55,306 nt of DNA from Ktedonobacterales bacterium (GTDB lineage Bacteria > Chloroflexota > Ktedonobacteria > Ktedonobacterales > JADMIN01). The stretch is taken from positions 1 through 55,306 of the forward strand of contig JBKQTH010000034.1 of assembly GCA_052143275.1 (NCBI GenBank), read 5' to 3'. Below the pieces are notes generated by a model. The model did not search any database and was not told the DNA's origin. It worked only from the letters and a program-made list of their open reading frames with translations. Below are positions 29,205-38,938 of this stretch, one piece after another. How positions within the stretch are numbered: position 1 is the stretch's first letter; every line of letters starts with the position of its first letter. Made by a program: the position numbers and the translations under genes.

Positions 29205-30128
29205 TCAACCGGTATCTCCGGTATCTGTGGTGGGTGGCGGCAGCACAAACCGCTGCGCCGGATGTTGCCGGTTAGCTGCCGCCTGGCTTCTAAGTCGCTC
29301 AACAGACGTCTCGGGTACGAATCGCCCACCTAGCGGAGTTGGGTGCATGTTCGGGCCATGGTAGTCACTGCCGCCGGTGGGGATGAGCTGGTGTTTCTCC
29401 GCCAGTTCTAGGAGCCGCTGGACCGTCTGGTGATCATAGTCTCCGTAGTAGCACTCCAGCCCCTGCATTCCAGCGGCCACCAGAGGCACGATGACTCGCT
29501 CCTCAGCATGAGGTATATTGGCCACGATGCCGGCAGGGTGCGCCAGTACTGGTACTCCATAGGCGCTACGAACCAGTCGCACAGCATTTTCAGGGGAAAG
29601 CTTGTATCGCGAGACGTACCCTGGGCGTCCTGGACCAATCCACTTGTCGAAGGCTTCGCCCACATCCGGCGCGTAGCCGGCCTCGATGAGTGCGCGTGCT
29701 ACGTGTGGGCGCCCTATCGACCCATGCGCCAGTTGGCGCACACGGTCCCAGGTGATATCCAGACCCTGCTGGCGCAGCTTCTCTACCATCCGCTCACCAC
29801 GCTGGCGGCGCGCTTCGCGAAGCAAGCGCAAGCTCTCTTGCAGCTCGGGCTGCCGGTAGTCGATAAAGTAGCCAAGAAGATGAGCCTCTTCGCCGCTGCC
29901 GGCAAGATCGGTATTGATCTCAACTGCGGGAATGACCTCAACTCCAAGGCGCTGGCCCGCGGCAATGGCGGGTTCGAGGCCATCAACGTCATCATGGTCC
30001 GCCAGAGCGATAACGCGCAAATGGGCCCTCTCCGCCAGCTCGACGAGCTCAGACGGGGAATAGAGGCCATCCGACGCGGTTGAGTGCGTATGCAAGTCTA
30101 TGGTTGAGGCGGTGGTGGTGTGTAGCAA
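29205..30128 (-). CDS. PHP-domain protein (TrpH/YciV-like)
   Basis: DLHTHSTASDG, LADHD, GRPHVARAL, LAHP, GGSDYHG; start moved to TTG 30128 just after rny. Confidence 0.88.
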   Translation of the reverse strand: MLHTTTASTIDLHTHSTASDGLYSPSELVELAERAHLRVIALADHDDVDGLEPAIAAGQRLGVEVIPAVEINTDLAGSGEEAHLLGYFIDYRQPELQESLRLLREARRQRGERMVEKLRQQGLDITWDRVRQLAHGSIGRPHVARALIEAGYAPDVGEAFDKWIGPGRPGYVSRYKLSPENAVRLVRSAYGVPVLAHPAGIVANIPHAEERVIVPLVAAGMQGLECYYGDYDHQTVQRLLELAEKHQLIPTGGSDYHGPNMHPTPLGGRFVPETSVERLRSQAAANRQHPAQRFVLPPPTTDTGDTG

Positions 30129-30144
30129 GGCGACGACTTCTTCC

Positions 30145-31689
30145 TTACTTCGCGTAGTCAATTGAGCGGGTTTCCCGGACGACGCAGACCTTGATCTGGC
30201 CAGGATAGTCCATGCTTTCTTCGATCTTACGCGCGACATCACGTGCCAGCTGGTCCGCGGCATCCTCATCGACGTCCTCAGGGCGTACGATTATACGAAC
30301 CTCGCGTCCAGCTTGAACCGCAAAGGACTTCTCTACTCCAGTGAAAGAGTTGGCGATATTTTCCAGCGTTTCGAGTCGCTTGATATAGAGATCCATGGTT
30401 TCGCGCCGTGCACCAGGCCGGGCAGCCGAGATGGCATCCGCCGCCTGTACGATGGCGGCTTCAAGCGATTGCGGCTCAGCATCGGTAGCGTGGTGCGAGA
30501 CAATGGCATGTATAACTTTAGGTGAGCGGTTGAAGCGACGAGCAATCTCACCGCTGATGAGCATATGTGGTCCTTCAACTTCCTGATCTATGGCCTTGCC
30601 TAAATCGTGTAACAAGCCGGCTACCTTGCAGACGGTAACGTCAGCGCCAAGCTCGGCGGCCATTGTAGCCGCCAGAACTGATACCTCGATTGAATGGTTC
30701 AGTACGTTCTGTCCGTAACTGCTGCGAAAATGTAGCCGGCCCAGAATTTTCACGAGATCCGGCGGCAGGTTGGTGACATTGGCCTCATTACAGGCGCGCT
30801 CACCCTCCTCACGCACGATATTATCGAGCTCTTGCTGCGCTTTCATGACCACTTCTTCGATACGCGCCGGATGGATTCGGCCATCGAGTATGAGCTTGGT
30901 CAGCGCGATACGGGCCACTTCACGGCGTACCGGATCAAAGCCGGAGAGAATGACGGCTTCCGGGGTATCGTCGATGATAAGGTCGACTCCAGTGGCGGCC
31001 TCTAGTGCACGAATATTGCGCCCTTCACGCCCTATGATACGTCCCTTCATCTCATCATTGGGTAGTGGTACCACCGAAATGGTAATGTCGGAGACCTGGT
31101 CCGAAGCGCAGCGCTGTACCGCGAGAGTGATAATCTCGCGAGCCTTGACTTCAGCCTCCTCGCGCGCCTGTGCCTCGATCAGGCGTGCGCGGCGGTTGGC
31201 GTCGCGTCTTGCGGTCTCCTCTACGCTACGAATCAACTCTTCACGGGCCTCTTGCTGGCTCATGCGCGCCACATGCTCCAATTCCACGGTGCGCTGGCTA
31301 TGCAGCTCCGCCAGCTGCTCCCTATAGCTATCGAGCTCTTGCCGGTGTTGATTCAGTTGACGTTCACGCTTCTCCAGAGCATCAATTTTGCGGTCGAGCT
31401 GTTCCTCCTTCAGCTGGAGTCTCTGCTCCTGCCGCTTGATTTCCTGACGTCGCTCGCGATTCTCGTTCTCGAGCGACGTTCGGATTTTGGTTGTTTCTTC
31501 TTTGGCTTCGCGAAGCGCATCTCGCTGCTGGGCTTGCAACTCCAGCAGCCGCGCCTCGGCGCCTTCTTTTTGCTGGTTGAGTTGCTCTACATGCTTGCGC
31601 TGAGTCAGTTCTTTGGCAAAGACATATCCGCCAAATGTTCCCAGGCCCAGAATCAGCAGAGCAACTACAAATTCAACTAATGCATTCAC
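30145..31689 (-). CDS. rny: Ribonuclease Y
   Basis: N-terminal TM, coiled coil, KH ([14 protein letters not shown]), HD (LLHDLGK), [12 protein letters not shown]. Confidence 0.97.
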   Translation of the reverse strand: MNALVEFVVALLILGLGTFGGYVFAKELTQRKHVEQLNQQKEGAEARLLELQAQQRDALREAKEETTKIRTSLENENRERRQEIKRQEQRLQLKEEQLDRKIDALEKRERQLNQHRQELDSYREQLAELHSQRTVELEHVARMSQQEAREELIRSVEETARRDANRRARLIEAQAREEAEVKAREIITLAVQRCASDQVSDITISVVPLPNDEMKGRIIGREGRNIRALEAATGVDLIIDDTPEAVILSGFDPVRREVARIALTKLILDGRIHPARIEEVVMKAQQELDNIVREEGERACNEANVTNLPPDLVKILGRLHFRSSYGQNVLNHSIEVSVLAATMAAELGADVTVCKVAGLLHDLGKAIDQEVEGPHMLISGEIARRFNRSPKVIHAIVSHHATDAEPQSLEAAIVQAADAISAARPGARRETMDLYIKRLETLENIANSFTGVEKSFAVQAGREVRIIVRPEDVDEDAADQLARDVARKIEESMDYPGQIKVCVVRETRSIDYAK

Positions 31690-31820
31690 GTATAGGAAAC
31701 CTCCGCGAGGCTACCGAAAATGAAAGAGGAAATGGTATGACACAACGATAGGTAACTGGTCTTCTCTCACATCATCTGTTGGTGCAGTGCACAACCGACA
31801 ATGAACCAGCGGTTCCCCAC

Positions 31821-31850
31821 ACTATATGAAAAATACAGCGAAGCTGTCAA
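31821..31850 (-). promoter_or_regulatory. Sigma70-type promoter for rny
   Basis: TTGACA-18 nt-TATAGT. Confidence 0.55.
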
Positions 31851-31960
31851 GCGGCCAGAAAAGCGTCATGTCGAAAGGCGAGCCGGTAACATGGTATACT
31901 GGGTTCGGCAGCGGAGCCCTCGTGTAGTTGTCTCTTCGTACGTGTTATTAGGTAGAGAAT

Positions 31961-32551
31961 TTGATGACAGAGCCAGTCCTTCCCGATACCAATGCCAGCG
32001 GAGTCGCCTCATCGACGACCCTGACGCTGGAGCAGTCAACTTGGCTAAAGCGGTACATTCGGGATATTCCGGACTATCCCCAGCCCGGCGTTCTCTTCCG
32101 TGACATTACGCCGCTGCTGCAAGATGCCGCAGCGTTGCGGTTTGCTATCGATACCATGGCCAATCGCTTTCGCGACTCCCAGATAGACCAGGTAGTGGGC
32201 ATCGAGTCTCGCGGCTTTATCTTTGGCACACCGCTCGCTTATCTGCTGGGCACCGGATTTGTGCCCGTTCGCAAGAAAGGCAAGCTGCCTTCGAGAGTAA
32301 TCGCGGTCGAATATGACCTGGAATATGGCTCGAATGTGCTGGAAATCCATACCGATTCCATTGAGCCGGGTCAACGCATACTGGTGGTCGATGATCTTCT
32401 GGCCACCGGTGGAACCACCGCCGGCACCGTCAAGCTGGTAGAGCAGCTGGGAGCACAGGTGGTGTCACTGGCCTTCCTGATCGAACTTTCCGGTCTGCGC
32501 GGGCGTTCTCGCCTTCCCGGCCATGATGTCTTCGCGTTGCTTAGCTACTGA
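31961..32551 (+). CDS. apt: Adenine phosphoribosyltransferase
   Basis: IPDYPQPGVLFRDIT, GIESRGF, VRKKGKLP, LEYG, VVDDLLATGGT. Confidence 0.96.
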   Translation: MMTEPVLPDTNASGVASSTTLTLEQSTWLKRYIRDIPDYPQPGVLFRDITPLLQDAAALRFAIDTMANRFRDSQIDQVVGIESRGFIFGTPLAYLLGTGFVPVRKKGKLPSRVIAVEYDLEYGSNVLEIHTDSIEPGQRILVVDDLLATGGTTAGTVKLVEQLGAQVVSLAFLIELSGLRGRSRLPGHDVFALLSY

Positions 32552-32583
32552 CTGGCGCTGCCCGGTGGATAAACTCCCTGATT

Positions 32584-32889
32584 ATGGCAATACTCGTGCA
32601 TAGAGCTCTTGCTACCCACGACTGGTTGCGAGCTGGCGTTCACAAGGGCGACCGGATGTACCATGTACTCTCCGATAGTATGGGGGCAGAGGGAAGTTCC
32701 GAGTTGCGCTCCTTTGTGGCGGCATTTGGGATCAGGCCGCAGTGGGTGCAGTATGAAGGCAGTTACCGAGAGCACTTTGATGCTCGCTCCGACACCGGGC
32801 TGGCAATGATCCGAGCAGGCGCCCGGCTTGCCACTAACCGTGAAGTGGGCCAGCTCCTGGCCGCCAAGAAGTCGGCGATGGCGGAGTAG
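32584..32889 (+). CDS. DUF4031-like small protein
   Basis: MYHVLSD...ELRSFVAAFGIRPQWVQ...EHFD...AIRAGA-like pattern. Confidence 0.75.
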   Translation: MAILVHRALATHDWLRAGVHKGDRMYHVLSDSMGAEGSSELRSFVAAFGIRPQWVQYEGSYREHFDARSDTGLAMIRAGARLATNREVGQLLAAKKSAMAE

Positions 32890-32905
32890 ATCTCCGGCAT
32901 ATGCC

Positions 32906-33814
32906 TTACGAAGTCCGCATGAACTCCACCACGATTCGCGCCAGCGTCTCGCCCTGATCCTCTTGCAGAAAGTGCCCGGCGCCGGCCAGTACCTGGTGAT
33001 GTTGTCCTCTGGCTCCGGGAACTTGCTCCTGGAAGTAGGTGTCGGCCCCGCGAGTGACGGGGTCACCGTCGCTGAAAGCGGTAAGGAACGGTTTGTTCCA
33101 TTGCCGCAACACCTGCCATGCCTGCCGGTTGGCCTCCGCCGCCGGATCATCCGGTGCGGATGGTACCAGCAATGGAAATTGGCGAGCGCCGGCCTTGTAG
33201 CGCTCATCTGGAAACGGTGCCTCATAGGCCGAGACGACCTCGGGGGCCAATGCGCTGCGGCAGCCGCTACGCAGCACCCCTCCGATATCCAGGGTCTCCC
33301 CACGCTGCGAGAGCTCCCGCCAGACATGAAATGCCCGTCCCAGGGGCTGGTCTCCGGTTGGTAGACCAGTGTTTGCAGCCACAACTCGAAGGAAGCGCTC
33401 TGGATGTTCAGCGACCAGACGGAGGCCGATCAAGCCTCCCCAATCCTGACCGACGAGCGTCATCTTCTCGAGGTGCAAGCTATCGAGAGTCGCCCACATC
33501 CAGTCGACATGGCGCTGGTAGGTATAGGCAGTACGGTCGACCGGCTTGTCGGACCGGCCAAAGCCTACCAGGTCGGGAGCAATGACCCGAAAGCCGGCGG
33601 CAGCAATCACCGGAACCATTTTGCGGTAGAGAAATGACCAGCTCGGCTCGCCGTGCATTAGCACTATAGGAGCCGCCTCGTGCGGCCCCGCTTCTATGTA
33701 GTGGACCCGCAGATCAGGCAATTCGACATAGTGGGGCAGGTATGGGAAGTCCGGCAGAGCGACAAAACGCTCGTCAGGGGTGCGAAGTACCGCGAGAGTA
33801 TCCATTGATCTCAT
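32906..33814 (-). CDS. Haloalkane dehalogenase (HLD-I type)
   Basis: LRTPDERF, HGEPSWSFLYRKM, GQDWGG, GHFLQED. Confidence 0.92.
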   Translation of the reverse strand: MRSMDTLAVLRTPDERFVALPDFPYLPHYVELPDLRVHYIEAGPHEAAPIVLMHGEPSWSFLYRKMVPVIAAAGFRVIAPDLVGFGRSDKPVDRTAYTYQRHVDWMWATLDSLHLEKMTLVGQDWGGLIGLRLVAEHPERFLRVVAANTGLPTGDQPLGRAFHVWRELSQRGETLDIGGVLRSGCRSALAPEVVSAYEAPFPDERYKAGARQFPLLVPSAPDDPAAEANRQAWQVLRQWNKPFLTAFSDGDPVTRGADTYFQEQVPGARGQHHQVLAGAGHFLQEDQGETLARIVVEFMRTS

Positions 33815-33889
33815 TGCTCCTCGTGGCAGCTCATAGTGCGTTCGCTCACCAAACGCTCAGCGATCGGCCGCGACGGCACCGAGACGACG

Positions 33890-34777
33890 CTATGATGATA
33901 CGGGTTCGGCACGCTCACTAGCAACGCCTTCGACGAGTGTGCTGTCAACTGGCGCCGCCAAAAGGATAGGAGTGGGCTCAGCGAAGCCCTTGAGCAGCTC
34001 GTTGCCGCGAGCTATAAACGAGATGCCGTCCAGTTGCGGTGCCAGATAGGCCACGCCGGTCGAGACAAGAATTTCGCCGGCGCCGGCCAGACTACACAGG
34101 CGGGCCGCGCGATTGATGGCCGCGCCGCGGAAGCCTCCATCCACTGCTACCGCCTCACCCACATCCAGACCAATGCCAATCGCCAGCGGTAGATCGGCGT
34201 TAACCAGTGTTTCCTCTGCACAGCATCTTTGCAGATCACTGCCTGCTCTCACTGCCTGCTGTGCCGAAGTAAAGACACTGAGCACTTCGTCGCCCCGAAT
34301 TTCGAGGAGCTGGCCTCCCCAGCGTTCCACGACACCATGGGCGATATCGGCAAATCGGGTGGTCAGATTCGCTGCCGCCTGATCTCCATGCTCCTCCGTA
34401 AACCGAGAATAGCCGCGAATGTCGGCGATCAGAAAAACGAGTATTGATGCCAGCAGTGGTGGTCGTGACGGTTTGCCGAGCCGCTTTTCCAACAGATGGC
34501 CCACCACTCCGGATTCCCAATCGGCAACCTCTAGAAACGTTTCGCGCTGGTCGCCGGTCACCTGCAGCAGATCGGCCAGCGCCTCGACTAGTGAGGTCGA
34601 AGGGACGCCGCGAGTTCCACTCTCGATTTCCCGCAGTGCACTAGGCGCAATACTGACTGCCTGGGCGACCTCCTCTATCGTCAGTCCCCGTAGCGTGCGG
34701 TGATCGCGCAGTTGTTCTCCAAAAGGCGGAAATGGTTGGGGAATGTCCTTAAGTTTCGGTATGTTCAGCCATGGCAT
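33890..34777 (-). CDS. XRE-family HTH fused to class III nucleotide cyclase domain
   Basis: FGEQLRDHRTLRGLTIEEVA...IESG (XRE); FLIADIRGYS, RGDEV, GIGLDVGE, INRAARLC (cyclase). Confidence 0.88.
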   Translation of the reverse strand: MPWLNIPKLKDIPQPFPPFGEQLRDHRTLRGLTIEEVAQAVSIAPSALREIESGTRGVPSTSLVEALADLLQVTGDQRETFLEVADWESGVVGHLLEKRLGKPSRPPLLASILVFLIADIRGYSRFTEEHGDQAAANLTTRFADIAHGVVERWGGQLLEIRGDEVLSVFTSAQQAVRAGSDLQRCCAEETLVNADLPLAIGIGLDVGEAVAVDGGFRGAAINRAARLCSLAGAGEILVSTGVAYLAPQLDGISFIARGNELLKGFAEPTPILLAAPVDSTLVEGVASERAEPVSS

Positions 34778-34816
34778 ATTCAGCCTCCAGTCTCGTTTAC
34801 TCGAGCGTGCTCGAGC

Positions 34817-35233
34817 TTACTTGCCGTCTGTTTTGGGATCATAGGGTGCCGGTGACTCGGCCACCTTCCGCCTGGTTGGCGGAACGTCAGACGTCTCCAT
34901 TGCTTCTACGTGAAACTCCGGCACACGGGTTAGTGCGCGCAATACACCCGGTGAGAGCTGGGTAAGCGTCTGCGGCTGAGGTTGCAGCGCCGCCGTTCCA
35001 GTCTCTACCGGGTCTTCTGCCGAATCGGCAGCCAGTGCAATTTCCAGGAAGATATCTTCCAGCTCAGGATCGGCCAAGCAGTAGACGGAGAGGTCGCAGG
35101 TCAGGCCCTGAGCGCGGTCAGCCTGCAACCGTTCGAGGAGCGCCAGTAGCCGCAACTCACGCTCGCCATCAAGGTCGCCGCCGATCCCTTTGGTAGCAGT
35201 CCAGCGGCTCCAGATCTTCTTCGGGTCATTCAT
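34817..35233 (-). CDS. Hypothetical protein, possible sigma-factor partner
   Basis: ATGA overlap with the upstream sigma-like gene; 138 aa, acidic. Confidence 0.7.
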   Translation of the reverse strand: MNDPKKIWSRWTATKGIGGDLDGERELRLLALLERLQADRAQGLTCDLSVYCLADPELEDIFLEIALAADSAEDPVETGTAALQPQPQTLTQLSPGVLRALTRVPEFHVEAMETSDVPPTRRKVAESPAPYDPKTDGK

Positions 35234-36099
35234 CGCGTCGCCTTGACCTCGCTTTCATCACCATACCAGCCACGCAGCAAGGCATAGCCCTGGCGCAGAT
35301 AGTTGCGTACGGTGCGGGTCGTGACTCCACCCAGAGCCCTGCCAATTTCCGCTTCGGAAGCATCATGCCAATAACGCAGAAGTACAGCGGTTCGCAGACG
35401 CCCCGGCAACTGCTGCACCAGCCTACGCAGGTCGGCCAGCTCAGCCCCTGAAAAAGGATTGGCTCCCTCATCCGGAAGGAGTGACGCCAACCCATCCAGC
35501 CTATCGGGCAACTCGACGCCGGGTGGGGCCAGGTGTAGCAGCAGTCGCTGCGCAGCGCGCTCCGGCCGTGCCACCCCGGCGACCTGCCAGTAGCCAAGTT
35601 GCTGCATCAGCGCCGTAGCGGTGTGCTGCTCGGCAAAAGCCAGCGACTGGTGAAAGAAGAGCTCCCAGCCTGGTGCGCTTCTCAGCCCAATCTGGTCCCA
35701 GAGCCGTAGCGCCAGCTCCTGGCGTAGCTCTTCTTGAAGCCGGTAACCTTCTGCGCCGGGTATGCCCGGCGTTCGCGAGATACAGCTGGCTGCCCAACGA
35801 GCGCACCCGGATTCAATCTGTTGCAAGAGTAGCACAAAGAGCTCTCGAGGCGTACGCTGGTCGCCTAGCCCACGGGCAGCCCGAATATAGTGAACCTGGG
35901 CACCAGCTGAAGGTCGCTCCGCTCCGCTGCTCTGGAGCCGGGCCCAGAGCAGCGGAGAATGGACTGGCGGCCATTGCTCCAATTCCTCGGCCAGCCGCAG
36001 GCGGGCTTCCTCTACTAGCTGGACGGCCGATGGGCCGCTACTGCTCCTCCTGCCGTCGGTAGTCGGCACAGGCGGCATGACCGTTGTGCTACTCGTCAA
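35230..36099 (-). CDS. Atypical sigma-70/ECF-like factor
   Basis: Region-4 HTH LPGRLRTAVLLRYWHDASEAEIGRALGGVTTRTVRNYLRQG; divergent region-2-like EELRQELALRLW. Confidence 0.75.
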   Translation of the reverse strand: MTSSTTVMPPVPTTDGRRSSSGPSAVQLVEEARLRLAEELEQWPPVHSPLLWARLQSSGAERPSAGAQVHYIRAARGLGDQRTPRELFVLLLQQIESGCARWAASCISRTPGIPGAEGYRLQEELRQELALRLWDQIGLRSAPGWELFFHQSLAFAEQHTATALMQQLGYWQVAGVARPERAAQRLLLHLAPPGVELPDRLDGLASLLPDEGANPFSGAELADLRRLVQQLPGRLRTAVLLRYWHDASEAEIGRALGGVTTRTVRNYLRQGYALLRGWYGDESEVKATR

Positions 36100-36183
36100 A
36101 ACGACTTCTCCCTCGCATCTCCTTCACCCAGGTCACGCCAGACTGTGCTGCCTTTGCTACTGGTTGCCTCTACATTCTAGCAG

Positions 36184-36948
36184 TTACATAGCGGCTTTGC
36201 GTATGGAATTGGTGGCCCATACCAGCGCCAGGAGCGCCAGTATGCCAAATATAATAAACGCCTGCGGTATGGCCACATCGCCAAAATGCCCAGCCACTAG
36301 GGCGCGGGCGGCGTTTACCGAATAGGAGAAGGGATTTCCCTTGGCGATGTTCTGCAAGGTCTCGGGCGCCAGTGAGAGCGGCAGCATGATGCCGGAGAGC
36401 AACAGCAGTGGCAACGCCACCAGATTGACCGCGGCCGCCAGTGATCCCTCGTTTTTGACCAGCAGAGCTACTGCGTAGGAACACGAGCCCATCATCAAGC
36501 CGCCAACCAACAAAAGAACCACGAGTAGAAGCAGTCCACCGGCATCAGGTCGGAAGCCAAGCAGCATCCCGATGCCCAGGAGCAGCATCGTCTGTACCAG
36601 CAGGTTGAGCAGGCTGACCGAGATCATACCAATCATCAACGCCAGCCGGTTTACCGGGGTTACCCGCAGCCGCTCGATGACTCCTTCGCGTAGCTGCCCG
36701 ATGACGGTAAATCCGGCGAACCCGGTGCCAAAGATCGCCATCATCATCATCAAGCCGGGAGTAAAGATGTTGTACGCGCCGCCCTTGGGAAAGCCGGGGA
36801 CGCCAACCAGGCTCTTGAGCAGTGGAGCAAACAGCAGCATGTAACAAACGGGCTGAAATAGCCCCAAAAACACCCAGGCGGGATTGCGGAGCATGACTCG
36901 CAGCGCCGAGCCAAAGATGAGCCAGCTATCACGGATGAGTTTTGCCAC
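36184..36948 (-). CDS. ABC-2 type exporter permease (DrrB-like)
   Basis: LRNPAW..GLFQP, GVIERLRVTPVNR, LLSGIMLP, NPFSY. Confidence 0.92.
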   Translation of the reverse strand: MAKLIRDSWLIFGSALRVMLRNPAWVFLGLFQPVCYMLLFAPLLKSLVGVPGFPKGGAYNIFTPGLMMMMAIFGTGFAGFTVIGQLREGVIERLRVTPVNRLALMIGMISVSLLNLLVQTMLLLGIGMLLGFRPDAGGLLLLVVLLLVGGLMMGSCSYAVALLVKNEGSLAAAVNLVALPLLLLSGIMLPLSLAPETLQNIAKGNPFSYSVNAARALVAGHFGDVAIPQAFIIFGILALLALVWATNSIRKAAM

Positions 36949-36966
36949 GGCAGTAGCTCCTTTTCT

Positions 36967-37932
36967 TTAAGCGCTCCGCTCTTCGCGTAGCGAGCGGCCG
37001 GTCAATCGTAGAAACACATCTTCCAGTGTTGGGCGAGCCAGGGTTACCGTGCGAATCGTGGCGCCGGTCTGATCGAGCAAGCGCAGGACATCCGGTAGTA
37101 CCTCCTCGCCCCGGTCCACGTAGAGCTGCATTCCCGATTCTGTCTCCTGAAGTTCGCGCATGAATGGCTGGCCGGAGAGAGTTGCTTTGACCTTGGAGCC
37201 AGTCCCATTTTGCATATCCAGTCCGAGCGAGATGATGTCGCCGGCAATACTCTGCTTGAGCGCGGCGGGCGTATCTTCACCGACAATCTTGCCGTTGTCG
37301 ATAACCGCCAGGCGATCGCAGAGATGGTCGGCCTCATCCATATAGTGGGTAGTCAAAAAGATGGTAATTCCCTCAGCGCGCAGGCGGCGCACCTCGTCCC
37401 AGATGCGAGAGCGGCTCTGAGGATCCAGACCGGTAGTGGGTTCATCCAGAATAAGCAAGCTGGGCCGGTGCATCATTCCCATGGTAATGTCCAGCCGTCG
37501 TCGCTGCCCGCCCGAATAGGTGCGAACCAGGCGATCGATAAACGGATCTAGATCGAGCCTAGTGGCGAGCTCTGCCGCACGTGTCTCGGCATCGACCCGC
37601 CTCATGCCATAAAGCCTGCCTTGCAGAACCAGGTTCTCACGACCAGTTTCCATCACCTCGGCGCCGCCTTTCTGGCCGACATACCCAATCTGGGTGCGTA
37701 CCTTGCGCGGCTCACGCCGAAGATCATGACCGCAGACCATTGCCTCGCCGCTGGTAGGGTCGAGTAGCGTCGAGAGCATGCGCATCGTGGTGGTTTTGCC
37801 GGCGCCGTTGGGGCCAAGGAAGCCGAAGATTTCACCTGTCTGCACTAGCAGATCCACGCCGCGCACCGCCTGGATCGCCTTCCGCCCGGCGCGGAACGTC
37901 TTGGTTAGCCCATGGGTCTCGATAATAGCCAC
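36967..37932 (-). CDS. ABC exporter ATPase (DrrA-like)
   Basis: GPNGAGKTT, YSGGQRRR, LDEPTTGLDP, PTLEDVFL; GTG start 37932 after AAGGAG. Confidence 0.93.
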   Translation of the reverse strand: MAIIETHGLTKTFRAGRKAIQAVRGVDLLVQTGEIFGFLGPNGAGKTTTMRMLSTLLDPTSGEAMVCGHDLRREPRKVRTQIGYVGQKGGAEVMETGRENLVLQGRLYGMRRVDAETRAAELATRLDLDPFIDRLVRTYSGGQRRRLDITMGMMHRPSLLILDEPTTGLDPQSRSRIWDEVRRLRAEGITIFLTTHYMDEADHLCDRLAVIDNGKIVGEDTPAALKQSIAGDIISLGLDMQNGTGSKVKATLSGQPFMRELQETESGMQLYVDRGEEVLPDVLRLLDQTGATIRTVTLARPTLEDVFLRLTGRSLREERSA

Positions 37933-38021
37933 GGTTAGTCGTCTCCTTTTTAGCCAACGCACCAAACGCACTGTCTGAATAAACTTGGCTCTCGTCAGGC
38001 AGAATCCGCACAAGCATTTAC

Positions 38022-38072
38022 ATACTACCTAGTCGGTATTTGAATAATAGCCAGAATTGCGAGAGGTGTCAA
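38022..38072 (-). promoter_or_regulatory. Promoter of ABC-2 operon with downstream imperfect palindrome
   Basis: TTGACA-17 nt-TATTAT (38072-38044); ATACTACCTAGTCGGTAT dyad at 38022-38039. Confidence 0.5.
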
Positions 38073-38170
38073 GAGATGAGTCCGGGGTAATGGTGAAGTG
38101 ACGACGGCCTATCGGATATACTATGTAGCGTGTGGGCGGGAAGTAGTACCCAGAGGAGGATCAGCCGAGC

Positions 38171-38737
38171 ATGATTCATCGAAATGGCAAAGTGTACATA
38201 AGCCATATCCCCGAAGACGCGGAAAAGTATGCTTCGTTGGTCGCCAAGCTGAATGCCAAGCAGATCGATTGCTGGACTACCATATCACCAGAGGACAGCG
38301 ACAGCTACCTCTCCGAAACGACGCAGAAAGAGATCTCGGGTCGCGACGTGTTCCTGCGCATCTGTACTACCGCATCGGCGCAGTCACCTCGGATGCAGCT
38401 GGAGGCCTGGTCTTTCGGCGCAACTCAGGGTGAGGATGCCAACACCGGCACACGCAATCAGCATATCAGGATCGATCTGGTGATGGACCGCTCGTATACT
38501 CCTGAACCGGATCACCAGGCCTACCTGACCATCGACACTACCCGCAGGCCAATGAACGACTGGCTGGTCGTCCTGTACAAGGAAATGGGCAGAATGCAGG
38601 CCACACGACAAGTAAGCCGCCGAACCACGGCCATCGTCGTGGGTGTCTGCGTTGTGGCGGCAGTCCTTGTGCTTACTGCCGTGCTCGTCCTCTTGATACT
38701 CCTCGATGGCACCGTATACGTGACCCCAAGTCCCTAA
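38171..38737 (+). CDS. TIR-like domain protein with C-terminal TM anchor
   Basis: KVYISH..ED, L.AKQIDCW, EISGRDVFLRICT..SAQSPRMQLE (TIR_2-like); hydrophobic C-terminus; GAGGAGG RBS. Confidence 0.72.
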   Translation: MIHRNGKVYISHIPEDAEKYASLVAKLNAKQIDCWTTISPEDSDSYLSETTQKEISGRDVFLRICTTASAQSPRMQLEAWSFGATQGEDANTGTRNQHIRIDLVMDRSYTPEPDHQAYLTIDTTRRPMNDWLVVLYKEMGRMQATRQVSRRTTAIVVGVCVVAAVLVLTAVLVLLILLDGTVYVTPSP

Positions 38738-38806
38738 CGTGTAGCCTGTCCCACATGGCCCAGCCGGGTGGCTGGGCACTCCCCACGCAGAATCCGTGTA
38801 CCGCGG

Positions 38807-38835
38807 TTGACAGTGTCACCAGCCGGCTCTATACT
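38807..38835 (+). promoter_or_regulatory. Sigma70-type promoter
   Basis: TTGACA-17 nt-TATACT. Confidence 0.7.
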
Positions 38836-38938
38836 TTAGTATCGCCTGTCTCCTTCGGGAGGGCACCAGCGCGTCTTGGCGGTCTTTATACTCAGCGAAT
38901 GCCTCTCAAACAACGCAGAACCAGACCGGGGAAGAAAA

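Noticed and set aside
31803-31815. LexA-like GAAC...GTTC upstream of rny
   Set aside because: Spacer is 5 nt rather than 4.
32545-33384. 279-aa minus ORF and similar long alternative-frame ORFs (e.g. 24731-25480, 51490-52242)
   Set aside because: They overlap well-supported genes and have no motifs; typical high-GC artefacts.
33890-38737. Pycsar or Thoeris defence system made of the cyclase and TIR genes
   Set aside because: The genes are 3.4 kb apart on opposite strands, with no cNMP-binding domain and no ThsA-like effector.
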